In this document: positions 1-11,592 of the stretch, one piece after another | Layout of the letters: the number at the start of each line of letters is the position of its first letter | How positions within the stretch are numbered: the stretch's first letter is position 1 | From: Macrostomum lignano | Lineage: Eukaryota | Direction of reading: 5' to 3' | Assembly: GCA_002269645.1 (NCBI GenBank) | Contig: NIVC01002987.1 | Coordinates: forward strand, 13,686-77,685 | Length of the DNA: 64,000 bases | Program-made: the position numbers and the translations under genes | Notes under the pieces: generated by a model | Database searches by the model: none | The model's input: the letters and a program-made list of their open reading frames with translations, nothing else | What the model was told of the DNA's origin: nothing

Positions 1-170
1 TTTCTACGCGCTACTCATGCTACTTCGCTTAAATTTTGGTAGTCAGTAGTATAGTAGAAATGCCTGTAGGCTTAATTTGTGAATGTTCGTCGCTTTTTTT
101 CTCGCAAGTTTCTCTCGCTTTTATGTTGATTATTCGGCAAAATTGTGAAGCTTTTTTATTTTTATTAAAC

Positions 171-600
171 CACAGAAACTAAAATAGCTAGATGGGGCAC
201 TCAGGGATATATACTTGGTACATCAGCTTTCTACTCTCAGTTCAGTAGCAAAGAAGAATGCTTAAGCTATTTTATAAAAAGACAGCTGAAATGACTTTGA
301 TAAGTTTAGAAGCCCAAGCTTGCAGGCGTAAACAGCTTGCTAATTGGTTCAGCAATAATGTACATTAGCCAGTCCACTGAAATGTACATGGCAGCTTTAG
401 GCTGGAATTCCGAGAAAGGCAATAAAAATTGGGGCGGGGCGGGGGGTAGTGTGGAAAGGCGCGGTTGGAGGGTTTAAGCTGTGGGTAAGAGCCAATAAAA
501 TAAGCCTTGACTTTAAAAATACATTAAAATGCTTCTGTTTAACTACTTACTACTGAACTGAAAGTAGCTGGCATGCAAATTTGCTGAGTGGGCCATCTAG
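171..600 (+). mobile_element. MITE-like element, ~430 bp family, copy 1
   Basis: Imperfect terminal inverted repeats (ctagatggggcactcag at 187-203; ctgagtgggccatctag at 584-600). The body is the reverse complement of copies at 2301-2731 and 3733-4162. Confidence 0.8.
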
Positions 601-1100
601 TTTTCATTGTGTGTTAAACCGGCAAACCGCTTGTTAATTTCATCAGTTTTCTTTGTATTCACTAAATATATAACTACTAACTAGTAATATGTAATGATTG
701 TTGTCAGACAGTTGCAGGTCACAGTCACCATATCCTTTTAGCACTATTAATTATTGTCATGTACTAATATTTGTCAATATTATTATACAATTTGACAAAT
801 TCGGTTATAAATAATTGATGATTGATTGAATTTCATCAGTAGAGCTATATATACAAATATTATGCAATTATACAATTCGGTCAGTAGTTCTTAGACTTAT
901 GTTTTGAGTTATCGCTGTCTAAAGAGATTAGTGGCATTGCGTATTTGTAGAAATTTTGTCTTTGTCAGTGTAACCCCGGTAGTCTCTGTACACATTTACT
1001 AACCTCAGCGTATCTCCGTGCGTCTAGTTTATTGATATTTGCTTGCTGCTATGCCAAGTTTTAATTGATATCTCATATTGCAAGGGGGAGGGGTCGATGA

Positions 1101-1877
1101 TACACCTTTTGCGTTCTATTTCGATTAAACTGCATTCAATTTCGGCAAACTGGCTTTCATTTTCGGCATCAGCTACGGCCGCACATCCAAACTGCATTTG
1201 AAATTTCGGCAAACTGTATTCAATTTCGGCAGGCTGCATTCAGTTTCGGCAAACTGCTTAGATTGGCGCTGTCGAAATTGAGTGCAGTTTGCCGAAATTG
1301 AATGCAGTTTGCCGAAATTGAATACAGTTTGCCGAAATTGAGTGCAGTTTGCCGAAATTGAATACAGTTTGCCGAAATTGAATACAGTTTGCCGAAATTG
1401 AGTGCAGTTTGCCGAAATTGAATGCAGTTTGCCGAAATTGAGTGCAGTTTGCCGAAATTGAATGCAGTTTGCCGAAATTGAATGCAGTTTGCCGAAACTG
1501 AATACAGTTTGCCGAAATTGAGTGCAGTTTGCCGAAATTGAGTGCAGTTTGCCGAAATTGAATGCAGTTTGCCGAAATTGAGTGCAGTTTGCCGAAATTG
1601 AGTGCAGTTTGCCGAAATTGAATACAGTTTGCCGAAATTGAGTGCAGTTTGCCGAAATTGAATACAGTTTGCCGAAATTGAGTGCAGTTTGCCGAAATTG
1701 AATACAGTTTGCCGAAATTGAGTGCAGTTTGCCGAAATTGAATGCAGTTTGCCGAAATTGAATGCAGTTTGCCGAAATTGAATACAGTTTGCCGAAATTG
1801 AATACAGTTTGCCGAAATTGAATGCAGTTTGCCGAAATTGAATGCAGTTTAATCGAAATAGAACGCAAAAAGGTGTA
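1101..1877. mobile_element. Foldback/MITE-like element with expanded 20-bp subterminal repeat
   Basis: Inverted ends (TAcaccttttgcgttctatttcgattaaactgc ... gcagtttaatcgaaatagaacgcaaaaaggtgTA) bounded by TA. A few gcagtttgccgaaattgaat units are inverted on the left and about 30 run in tandem on the right. Confidence 0.8.
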
Positions 1878-2300
1878 GCAGAATGCGATATTGCTGCTAT
1901 TTGTCAGGCATTCCTAAAAGCACACACACACATACACACACAACTGTCTGAGGTATTCATTTTTAAGGGCACGTTCTATCATCCTCTGGTACTCAAAATA
2001 CTACAATTACAAAGAATTAAGAAAAGTTCTTAATTATTATTTCTTATTATTGTTGTCGTTATTGTCTAAGAAAAAAAATACAAAAATATACATCGAGCGC
2101 GTTCCTGCTGCGCGCTAGCAGTAAGATATTCTACAATACTTATTTGCTTGCATTCGTCCGTTTCTGTTGGTTATTCCTTCTCCAAAAGACAAACATCTGT
2201 AGATTTTATCTGTAGACATTTATACACAAGTTTCGCTGTGAAAAAGCGACAGCAAGTCTGTCCCTGGCTTAATCCGACCCGGAAGATGCTGGCCACAGAC

Positions 2301-2731
2301 CACAGATACGAGAATAACCAGATAGGCCACTCAGCACATTTGCATGCAACTACTTTCAGTTCAGTAGTAAGTTAAACTTAAGCATTTTTAAAGCCAAGGC
2401 TCATTTTATTAGCTCTTACCCTCTAGCTAAACCCTCCAACCGCGCCTTTTCACACTACCCCCCGCCCCACCCCAATTTTTATTGCCTTTCTCTGAATTCC
2501 AGCCTAAAGCTGCCATGTACATTTCAGTGGACTGGCTAATGTACATTATTGCTGAACCAATTAGCAAGCTGTTTACGCCTGCAAGCTTGGACTTCTAAAC
2601 TTATCAAAGTCGTTTCAGCTGTCTTTTTATAAAATAGCTTATGTATTCTTCTTTGCTACTGAACTGAAAGTAGAAAGCTGTTTTACTAATTGTATGCCTG
2701 AGTGGCCTATCTAGTTATTCTAGTATCTGTA
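2301..2731 (-). mobile_element. MITE-like element, copy 2
   Basis: ~34-bp TIRs (cacagatacgagaataaccagataggccactcag ... ctgagtggcctatctagttattctagtatctgta); near-identical body to copies 1 and 3. Confidence 0.8.
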
Positions 2732-2978
2732 CCAGAGACAAAAAGCTCCCAGCTAATTAAAACCCTGACAAAACCCTGCATGTCTGACAATAAGAAAGGC
2801 AGGCCGTTGTACACCCTGTGTGAGCGTGTGCGTATCTGTGAGTTCTCAGGGATCAGCCTTGGGCGGAAAATAGCCTATCAGTACTATGTAAATGACAATT
2901 TCCCATAAATTTGATCAATTTATGCATTGCACATCCTTAAATATCTACTCTCTCGCGTAGAAAAGTAGTGTATAAAGC

Positions 2979-3548
2979 ATGTCGACTGCAGAATTTGCTC
3001 CAGGCCGCGGTCAGGCCGTGAATGGGCCGCACGGGCCCGGCTGCTGTGCCGACTATCTGGACGGCATGCTGGCCACGGACCCTGTCAGCCGGTACTACAC
3101 CCGCTACGAGACCGCCGATGGTCACGTGACAGTGCTGGTCCACTCCAACCGGCTGCTGGTGCTCTGCCTGGGACTGAAGCACCCGGTTGTGACGGCCGGG
3201 CCAGCAGGCCTAACAGCAGTCGATTTCGGCCAGCGCGCCGATTCTCGGGTCAGCGGTAAACGGAAACGTGGCGGCCAGTTTCTGCGGCAGGGCGGGCAGG
3301 TGTGCGAGCTCCGGTTGTCCGGCTCGGCGCATCAGCCAGTCCGCTGTCCGGTTAGCGGCAAACTGATCGAAGTCAATCCGCGATTGGCTGCTGAGCCTAG
3401 CCTGGCTGTGACTGAGCCAGTCGGCCAGGGCTACCTATGCATCCTGGCGCCTTCGCTGTCCGATTGGCCTAAACTACTGGAGCCGCTGGTTCGCTGCTCG
3501 CCAGCTGCAGCAGAGCAATCAGTGACAGCTGAAGTCGTGGACAGCTGA
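2979..3548 (+). CDS. ABITRAM: Abitram (FAM206A/Simiate) homologue, single exon, 189 aa
   Basis: Family motifs recognised: VLVHSNRLLVLCLGLKHP, VSGKRKRGGQFL, VRCPVSGKLIEVNPRL (glycine-cleavage-H-like fold). Confidence 0.85.
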   Translation: MSTAEFAPGRGQAVNGPHGPGCCADYLDGMLATDPVSRYYTRYETADGHVTVLVHSNRLLVLCLGLKHPVVTAGPAGLTAVDFGQRADSRVSGKRKRGGQFLRQGGQVCELRLSGSAHQPVRCPVSGKLIEVNPRLAAEPSLAVTEPVGQGYLCILAPSLSDWPKLLEPLVRCSPAAAEQSVTAEVVDS

Positions 3549-3732
3549 AGCAGAAGGGCGCTGCACTCACAAATCCTGCGGTTTTCGCTGCGAAATGCAC
3601 TTGCGAGATGGGAGTTTTCAGTTTTTTCAGCCTGGCCTAACTGAATTCTCAATATCTCACCGAACTTCCGAATGGCAAATGAAGTGCTCATGCATGTTGT
3701 AGAGAAGAAGGCGCAGTAAAAAAATTCTGGTT

Positions 3733-4162
3733 GGATTACTAGAATAACCAGACGGGCCACTCAGCACATTTGCGTGCAAACTACTTTCAGTTCAGTAGTA
3801 AGTTAAACGGAAGCATTTTAATGTATTTTTTAAGCCAGGGCTTATTTTATTGGCTCTTACCCCCCAGATTAAACCGTCCAACCGCGCCTTTCCACACTAC
3901 CCCCGCCCCATCCCAATTTTTGCCTTTCTCGGAATTCCAGCCTAAAGCTGCCATGTACATTTCAGTGGACTGGCTAATGTACATTATTGCTGAACCAATT
4001 AGCAAGTTGTTTACGCCTGCAAGCTTGGGCTTCTAAACTTATCGGAGTCGTTTCAGCTGTCTTTATTTTTTATAAAATAGCTTATGTATTCTTCTTTGCT
4101 ACTGAACTGAAAGTAGAAAGCTGTTTTAATAAGTAGCTAATCTAGTTATTTTAGTATCTGTG
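3733..4162 (-). mobile_element. MITE-like element, copy 3
   Basis: Same orientation and sequence as copy 2; right TIR partly eroded. Confidence 0.75.
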
Positions 4163-4343
4163 GGTTGGATATGTTCGTTCTACCGTTAAATAAATATATA
4201 AATATATATTTACTGTAGTCTGTATATAACTTAATAGTCTTATAACAACTAATCATTGAGAACAAGCAATCAACACAATATTATTTAAAACAACACGAAA
4301 ATCTGTGCGCATATTGGAGCAATTCAACTTCTTCATCAGCATA

Positions 4344-5616
4344 TTATTCGTCAGTTAGCAGCATTTCAACCACTTTACATTCGTCAGCTGTCATCGTGCG
4401 CAGCAGCGAGATGCTCGGGCTCAGCAGCACTTTGCTGATGTAAGCCACCTGCACAGCCAATAGGAACAGCAGCACTAGGCCCAGCACGCCAATAACTGAC
4501 AGGCAGGAGGCGATTGACAGGCAGAACACTAGACTAGTGTAGCTGACCTTGGCGGATACGTCAAAGCTATGCTTGTCGTATTCAAACGCGTACCATTCGT
4601 CCACAATGCGTAGCGTGTCGCCTAGGATGGCCAGCGCTAGGAATAGCGCTCCTAGGCAGGCGCACTTCGGCACCGAGTTGCTCTTTGGTCGCTCTGTCTT
4701 GGCTGGCTTTCTGTTGCAGGAAATGATTGAATATTGACCAGTTGCATAGTCAGAATCAATCAATCGATATCAAAAATTCACCAGGTTACAAGCATCGCAC
4801 TCTCAGACACTCACCAGTGCTGACATGCACTCTCAGACACTCACCAGTGCTGGCATGGCACTGTCAGACACTCACCAGTGCTGGCATGACACTGTCAGAC
4901 ACTCACCAGTGCTGGCATGACACTGTCAGACACTCACCAGTGCTGGCATGGCACCATCAGACACTCACCAGTGCTGGTATGGCACCGTCAGACACTCACC
5001 AGTGCTGACATGGCACTGTCAGACACTCACCAGTGCTGACATGGCACTGTCAGATACTCACCAGTGCTGGTATGGCACCGTCAGGCTCTCACCAGTGCTG
5101 ACATGGCACTGTCAGACTCTCACCAGTGCTGACATGGCACTGTCAGACTCTCACCAGTGCTGACATGGCACTGTCAGACTCTCACCAGTGCTGACATGGC
5201 ACTGTCAGACACTCACCAGTGCTGGCATGGCACCATCAGACACTCACCAGTGCTGGCATGGCACCATCAGACACTCACCAGCACCATCAGACACTCACCA
5301 GCACTATCAGACATTCCCCATTTCCGTCTCACTCATTGGTTTGGCCCTGTTGGGCTTCGCCGACCGCTTCGGACCGAGTGCCGCAGTTCTCGGCCAGGTC
5401 CTTCCCCTGGCTGCTGTCGGCTGTGGCAGTCGTGTGGCGCATCAGATTGGAAATCCGTCTGCGGCTGTGCGCCTTTCTGGCCGGCTTCGCTTCGGAGGCG
5501 GCGTCGCCGGGTGCCAGCGACTTCAACGGGCCAACGCTGGCCAGGGTGAGTCGCTCTTCGGTGAAGCTCTCGGTTGAGCTCTCCGTTGAACTGTGGGTTT
5601 CATCTAGTGGGTTCAT
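4344..5616 (-). CDS. Orphan two-exon membrane protein, ~216 aa
   Basis: Exon 5616-5333 (AAT GA|gtgaga) joins exon 4710-4344 (tttcctgcaacag|A) in frame. Disordered N-terminus followed by 2-3 hydrophobic segments. No family recognised. Confidence 0.55.
4790..5310. repeat. Intronic minisatellite, ~33-bp unit
   Basis: Repeats of ctcaccagtgctg(g/a)catggcactgtcagaca. Confidence 0.9.
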
Positions 5617-8600
5617 TCCAGCGGACTAATGGGTCTCTTCTAATAACTGCCGGGCGTTCACAACAAACAATGTGATTTCGAGTATTGTATACAAGTACCT
5701 AGGCTTTAAGGGCGGTAATGAGAAATCAAGAGGGCTCCGTAGCCTTTATTATCCGCCTTCAAAGCCTAGCTAGGTGCCATAGACTAAGCGACAGCTGTTT
5801 ATATTTGCTTTAATTTATTCGAGCCAAGGAGTTCTATAATTAGCATCCTGGAGTGAAAACATACTGGATCTATAATGCCATTAGAAAATCATGCAAGGCT
5901 TTGAGCAAAAATTCAATCTGCGTCCCTCGGTATACATTTAGGTCAATTCATAAGATTCACCTGAATCTAAATCTAATTAAATGATACAATACGTTGATAC
6001 GTTCTGTTTTGCAGTGTATATACAAGACTCGTTCCATACTAAGAAAACAAGATGTGAAGAACAATAGCAGACAGCCAAAGAAACAGAAAATATTTACACA
6101 CACGGAAATTCAGAGGCAGCACTAAATTCTGTTGACAAAAACAATAGACATATTTAACTAATAGATGTCAGTTCTAGTATAGTCACTACTTTTAGTAAGA
6201 AATTATAAACTTTAAACGACTCTAACTGTATTGGAGGAGCTTTTATTCGCGCTCGGCGATAATCTTTAGAAGTCCGTAACGCGGTGATTTTCATCAATCG
6301 CTGCCTCGCAGCAGACAAGTAGAAATTGCAGCTCAAACCGTTGCTGCAACAAGAGTCTCGATTCTAATGCAACCAATAGCGACGTTGGATGAGTCCTGAA
6401 AGTCTGCTCGCACATTCGGCACAGACGACGCAGCTCTTCTGACGGATATGATCACAAAGGCCACCCTTCGATGACCAGCAGGGCTGCCCGACATGTCTGA
6501 CAACTCGGTCGGTCGGGCAACTACAGCTGACGAGCGATGCAGTGCAGTAATTTAGTGCCATTCTCCGATGTCAATCTGTCGAGATACTAGCTGCCTCGCG
6601 AAATGCCAAGTAGTCAACTAAGAAAGATCGGCTTTGCGCGCTTATCCAAATAGGACCGCATCTGCAGCAGCCCTTCTGTTTAGAAGATCTGATGAAAACA
6701 GATGAAGAGTGCTTCTATGTAAATCTATAACAACTAGAGTCCCAGCAGGTCCAGGTGCTCACCTCGAATTGAAATTATCGGAATAGTGTGCATGTCCACG
6801 ACACGAATAAACTCAGAAGTTGCATCAGCAACTGGCCGCTCTAGCGATCTGAGAAATTCTATTGCATTAACTATTGACAAGCTAATTAAGTCTCTGCTGC
6901 TATAGCTAACACGCATTTTGAGCCGCTTCCGTTGGTGAACATGTGCATGCTTGTCGGTAATTAGTCAATTCGCAATGCGTAGCGACTCAGATTCCTGCAC
7001 AGCATGCAGCTGTTCTATGTACATGTACATGTATCGCCATTCAATTCGCTGTGTCGACTTTCACAAGCACGCCGTAACAACTCAGGCAGTTGCGCACAAG
7101 CTTGACAAGATGGCAAGAGCAGAATCCCCCACTGTCCTTAAAAAAGGAAAGGGCAAGCGCGAGGGCAAACCTCGGCGGGAAAACTTCCCGCACGCAATTC
7201 TCATCTATCCTCAACTAAGCTGACATGCCCTTAGCTGTCAGAATTGCAGGCATTTAATGCACTTATGCACTAGGTTCCAGCTGTTTCGCAATATGTATTG
7301 ACTACCAATGCCGAACACGAGTATGATGCACACTGGCATGTTGAGCCTCGCTACTCCCGACAGTTGGCGAGCCAGATTGGAGGGATAGTCAGCCCTCTCC
7401 CTCTCTCCCTACCCTCTCCCCTACCTCTAGCTCCCCTTGCCCGATCTCCCCTAACAATTCCCTTCCCTCCTAATCTTTCTCCCCTTACTTCTCTCCCCTT
7501 CCCTGTCTCATCTACATGTGAGCATTAGAGGGAGATGTAGCTAAAGTTGAAAATAGACCACGCAATACGAGCGTATATTGGTAAAATTGTCTAAAAGCAA
7601 ATTAATGTTTTATACAAAAAATACAAGATTAGCTGAAAACTGTTTTGGTTGATATTAACATTTTCGACCCGGCCTTTGCTAGCCAAAATGTAATCGTCGA
7701 TGGTAATCGTGTAATTTCAGGCCGCCCAATAGTAGTCCGATGGTACAATATCAAGATCGATGATGCCATAGACTGACTGAAGGTCGTAACATCGAGTGAA
7801 CAATGTCCAAAGTATTTACACTAGTATGTATACACTTCGAGAGTACATGATACACGCACCGTGCATAATTGCAGTGTTTTTAAATACATGCAATGAATAC
7901 ATTTCACCGTGCATGAATTCGGCTGCACAAACAGACACTTTTACATAAATTTTCATTCTTTTGTACATGTATATCCGCAGTCGCATATGGAGTTGATGGC
8001 TAGTTGATAGGTACAAAATGACCCTAACCTTTCGTTTCGATTTTTTCACTCAAATATAATTTTCATTCGATTAAATGCATTTCTATATTAATTGAATTGT
8101 CTATTAATCCGTAAATCCAGCTTGTTAAAAGCAACAATTAACTGGCTATTCTCCTGTCTGAAGTGGACAAGGCACTCTCATAATGCATCTGTCTGTTTTT
8201 TTTTCACTTTCACTGGCCCATTTAGTGAAAGCAGGCAATTAGCGCAGTAGCCATAAGTGGGCAAATCGGCCCTCACGGGGGGTGGGGCGGAGCCGACTGC
8301 ATGCCTTTGAAAGTTTCTCAGTTACCCAGTGTTACCGTCCCAGCTCCCTCGCCATGCAGAACTTGTGCAAACAAACAACTCAATAAGCTATACTAAACCC
8401 TGCGTAATGCAGTCTGCAGCATAAATACATATGTGGCAGAATTGCGTTGCCATTGCCATACTTAAACTACTTATACATGCATAGCCGTGCAGTACACGAT
8501 GTTTCCGCGTCTTCAAAATATTGGATGAGCGCGTGGGAACACGCACGCGGACTCAACCAGCCGCTCCGCCCCTCCCGCCGTTGGCAGCGAAAGTTTTAAA

Positions 8601-9732
8601 TGTTTTCTCTAGCAAGCTTGCATTGTAGACTACAGGATTGGCGGCGTGAGAACTCGCTGTTGAAATAATTCTGATGATGGGGGTTGGAGTCTGCATAGAC
8701 GCGAGTTTAGCAAAGGCGAGTGCATGAGAGCACGCTAAAAGGTCGTAGTGTCATATATTGGGTAAACCATTATCAAAAACATTTACCTTAATGGTTTAGG
8801 AGGCCGAAACGCGTCAAGTTAGTGGGAAGAGCATGAAAAGCTCAGTGCTAAAACGCGTCCCACGGTCCCGCCACGAATTTAGTGTGCGGCCACTCAGTTA
8901 GGGCGGATTGTGTACTATGTTTTCTTGGAAAATTTTAGGAGGCAGGTTTTTTATACGGAGGTAGGAGCTGTGTTCATTTGTACAGCACAAAAATTGTTAT
9001 TGCTTTTGATAGAAGGGAATCCCAGTGTTAATCGTTTGATATATCTTGCCTTTCTTATATAGCTCTATTGATATTTATAAAGCTTTTTGTTTGGAAATTA
9101 AAATTTGGATTCTGGATGTTAATTTTATATCGTCTCATTGGTTTTAGGAATTTATGAGTGCGTGCCGGCCTACAGCGCTTATTAAAGCCTTAGTTTTGTA
9201 GCGAAATCTAGCCTTCGGTGCCACTGGAGGTTTCCTGTTGCTACTAATGGCAATTGCGCAAGCAACGCAATTCTGATGCGCGTGTCAATTTAAATATTGT
9301 TTGCTCTCTGGAAATTTGTCAGGATTCTGCGTTTGCCTGGCACAAATAAACGAGACTCGTAATGCTGGCATAGCCGGATTAACAAGTTAATTGTTAATTA
9401 ATCTCATTAGTTAATAACAACTGTTATAATTAATATGTTTATTGCATATCAAAGTTGAAGATGTATAAATGAGGAAGCACACACACACGATAGTGAAAAA
9501 AAACTTAAAATGTAGAGTTGGAGAACGAGAGCCTGCGCACTCAACTCTAACAAATAACAAGCCGTAAAAAATTAAATACGAGCTCAAGTGGACAGTTGCT
9601 AAGAAAAAGAAGACAATTAAATATTAAGTGAAGCTTGTGAATTGTTAACAGCAAATTTAACAAATATTCCTTATCAATAACGGTTGCGATAGATATACAG
9701 CCGCATAAGCTTAATTCCTTTCCTTAATTTGA

Positions 9733-10863
9733 TCAGAACTTGATTGACACGTCTTTCTGGCGTTGCATTTCAGCCGACTCCACTGCAGCCGGTAGTCCGT
9801 GGTTCGAGCCCCCCTCCCGTTCGGAAGCCTCGCCGTCGAGCAGGCCGGTCCTGGCCAGCTCCAGGGCGGAGCAGCGGGGAAAGCCGGGCACGGTCACCGT
9901 GTCGTGGAAGCCCTCGTAGTCGATGACGCATTCGCCTGTGTCCGTTGGCAAGATGCTGAGGTCCTCGAAGCGGTGTCCCCAGCGGATCTCCGTTGGCAGG
10001 TAGCTGGTCCGGGCCTCCGTGGTGGCGCCCGTCGAGATCACGACGCCGTTCATGAAGACCAGCAGCTCAAAGTCGGCCGAGTAGAGGTCCTTGGCGGACA
10101 TGTTCCAAAATGGCGAGCCGCTGTCAATTCTGTGCTGGACAACTACCGGCCAGCCGAGGAAGAGGCGGGCATCGCCGCCGTCCAGGCCCATGTTGATGAC
10201 CTGCTGCTCCAGTAAGAGCGTCTCGCCTTCAGCGGTGAGTCGCCGCTTCACCAGGACGCCGCGCACGCTGCAGTCGATGAGGTGAGAATGGCGAGCGTCG
10301 CCAACGCGGCAGAGCAGCACGAGATGCCCGTCGCGGCTGCAGATTGCCGCATTTTTGCTGAACAGCAGCGTGCCTGTCCGGTTCTTCGACTTCGTCAGCT
10401 TGGCCAGCACCGCGCCAGTCATCAGCGTCGTGATGATGAGGTTGCCGTAGGACTGCAGCGTCACCAGCAGCACCGCAATCGGGCACTTGTCCGACGGCGA
10501 CCGCGACCCGTAGCCGATGGTGATCTGCGTCTCCATGGAGAACAGCAGCGTGGCCAGGAAGGAGTTCACGTTGAGTAGGCAGGGCTCGAACCCCGGCGGC
10601 GGGGTGGTCAGGTAGTCTCCATGGCCGTAGCTGAGCGCCCACCAGAAGAAGGTGAAGAGCAGCCAGCAGCTGAAGAAGGCGGAGAAGAACACGGCTAGGC
10701 AGTAGCGCCACTTCATGTCCACCAGGGTGGTGAAGATGTCGCCAAAGTAGCGGCGCTTCCGCTTCCGCACGTTGCTATGGACGACGTTGCACTTGCCGTT
10801 CTTCATCACCAGCCTGTCGTAGCCTCGCATGCGCATGATGGCGAACTGCGACTCGCGGCGCAT
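9733..10863 (-). CDS. Inward-rectifier potassium channel (Kir/KCNJ family), 376 aa
   Basis: GKCNVVH N-terminus, FTTLVDMKWR, selectivity filter ETQITIGYG, conserved pore cysteines, LLFSKNAAI, ARTSYLPTEIRWGHRF. The frame stays open a little upstream, so a short N-terminal extension is possible. Confidence 0.95.
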   Translation of the reverse strand: MRRESQFAIMRMRGYDRLVMKNGKCNVVHSNVRKRKRRYFGDIFTTLVDMKWRYCLAVFFSAFFSCWLLFTFFWWALSYGHGDYLTTPPPGFEPCLLNVNSFLATLLFSMETQITIGYGSRSPSDKCPIAVLLVTLQSYGNLIITTLMTGAVLAKLTKSKNRTGTLLFSKNAAICSRDGHLVLLCRVGDARHSHLIDCSVRGVLVKRRLTAEGETLLLEQQVINMGLDGGDARLFLGWPVVVQHRIDSGSPFWNMSAKDLYSADFELLVFMNGVVISTGATTEARTSYLPTEIRWGHRFEDLSILPTDTGECVIDYEGFHDTVTVPGFPRCSALELARTGLLDGEASEREGGSNHGLPAAVESAEMQRQKDVSIKF

Positions 10864-11033
10864 GATGGCGGACTGGCCAAGATTGATTGATGGACGCTGA
10901 ATTGAGGGGTCCCAGGACAGGTCGCTTGGAGGCTGGGGCTCGAATTATTGTCACCATTAAGTAACCGAGGGAGCGGAAAACCAGTTTTTTCTAAGAAATG
11001 AACTGGCTTGAAGCGGTTGGCTGATGGTTACTG

Positions 11034-11038
<5 letters not shown>

Positions 11039-11083
<45 letters not shown>
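11039..11083. repeat. (CT)n microsatellite
   Basis: Run of about 22 CT dinucleotides. Confidence 0.95.
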
Positions 11084-11087
<4 letters not shown>

Positions 11088-11592
11088 AGCTGTCTTAGTT
11101 TGAGTAGTTTCCATTAGTAGCGACATTCAATGTCAGTTCCATCGAAGCGGAGATTAGTTAGATATTTTATATGTTCTTCTCACGTAAAGCTGGCCTCGAA
11201 TTGAACAGATCGAGTTGAAATTCTATTGTATAACATGTTTCTTAGATTTACAAAAAAGATATTTGATAAATGCAATAAATTTCGGCTTAAAAATTGCATA
11301 CCAAAAAGCAACTATTGTAGAAAAAACGGTTAAAAAGTGACTTTAAAAATCGAAGCTAAGCAGGTAACAAATGCGCGAGATGCTACTATATACCCCAGCA
11401 GTAACGTGTAACGAATGGGTAATGAGGAAAGTACGACGGGAGCTCCTCGCTAAGAAAGCTAAAAATAGCAATAAGAATGCAGCCAATAACAGCTGGGCTC
11501 AGGAGAATCAGCGCTAACCAAACTGTGCAATAAAAAGAGCAACCAGAGAAGATGAACTGATCATAGGATAAGACAGCTTAGAGAGATTAGCG

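Noticed and set aside
1173-1868. 231-aa repetitive ORF
   Set aside because: It is a translation of the 20-bp array inside a foldback element; no coding signature.
9744-10957. Short overlapping ORFs around the Kir gene
   Set aside because: Shadow ORFs of GC-rich coding sequence.
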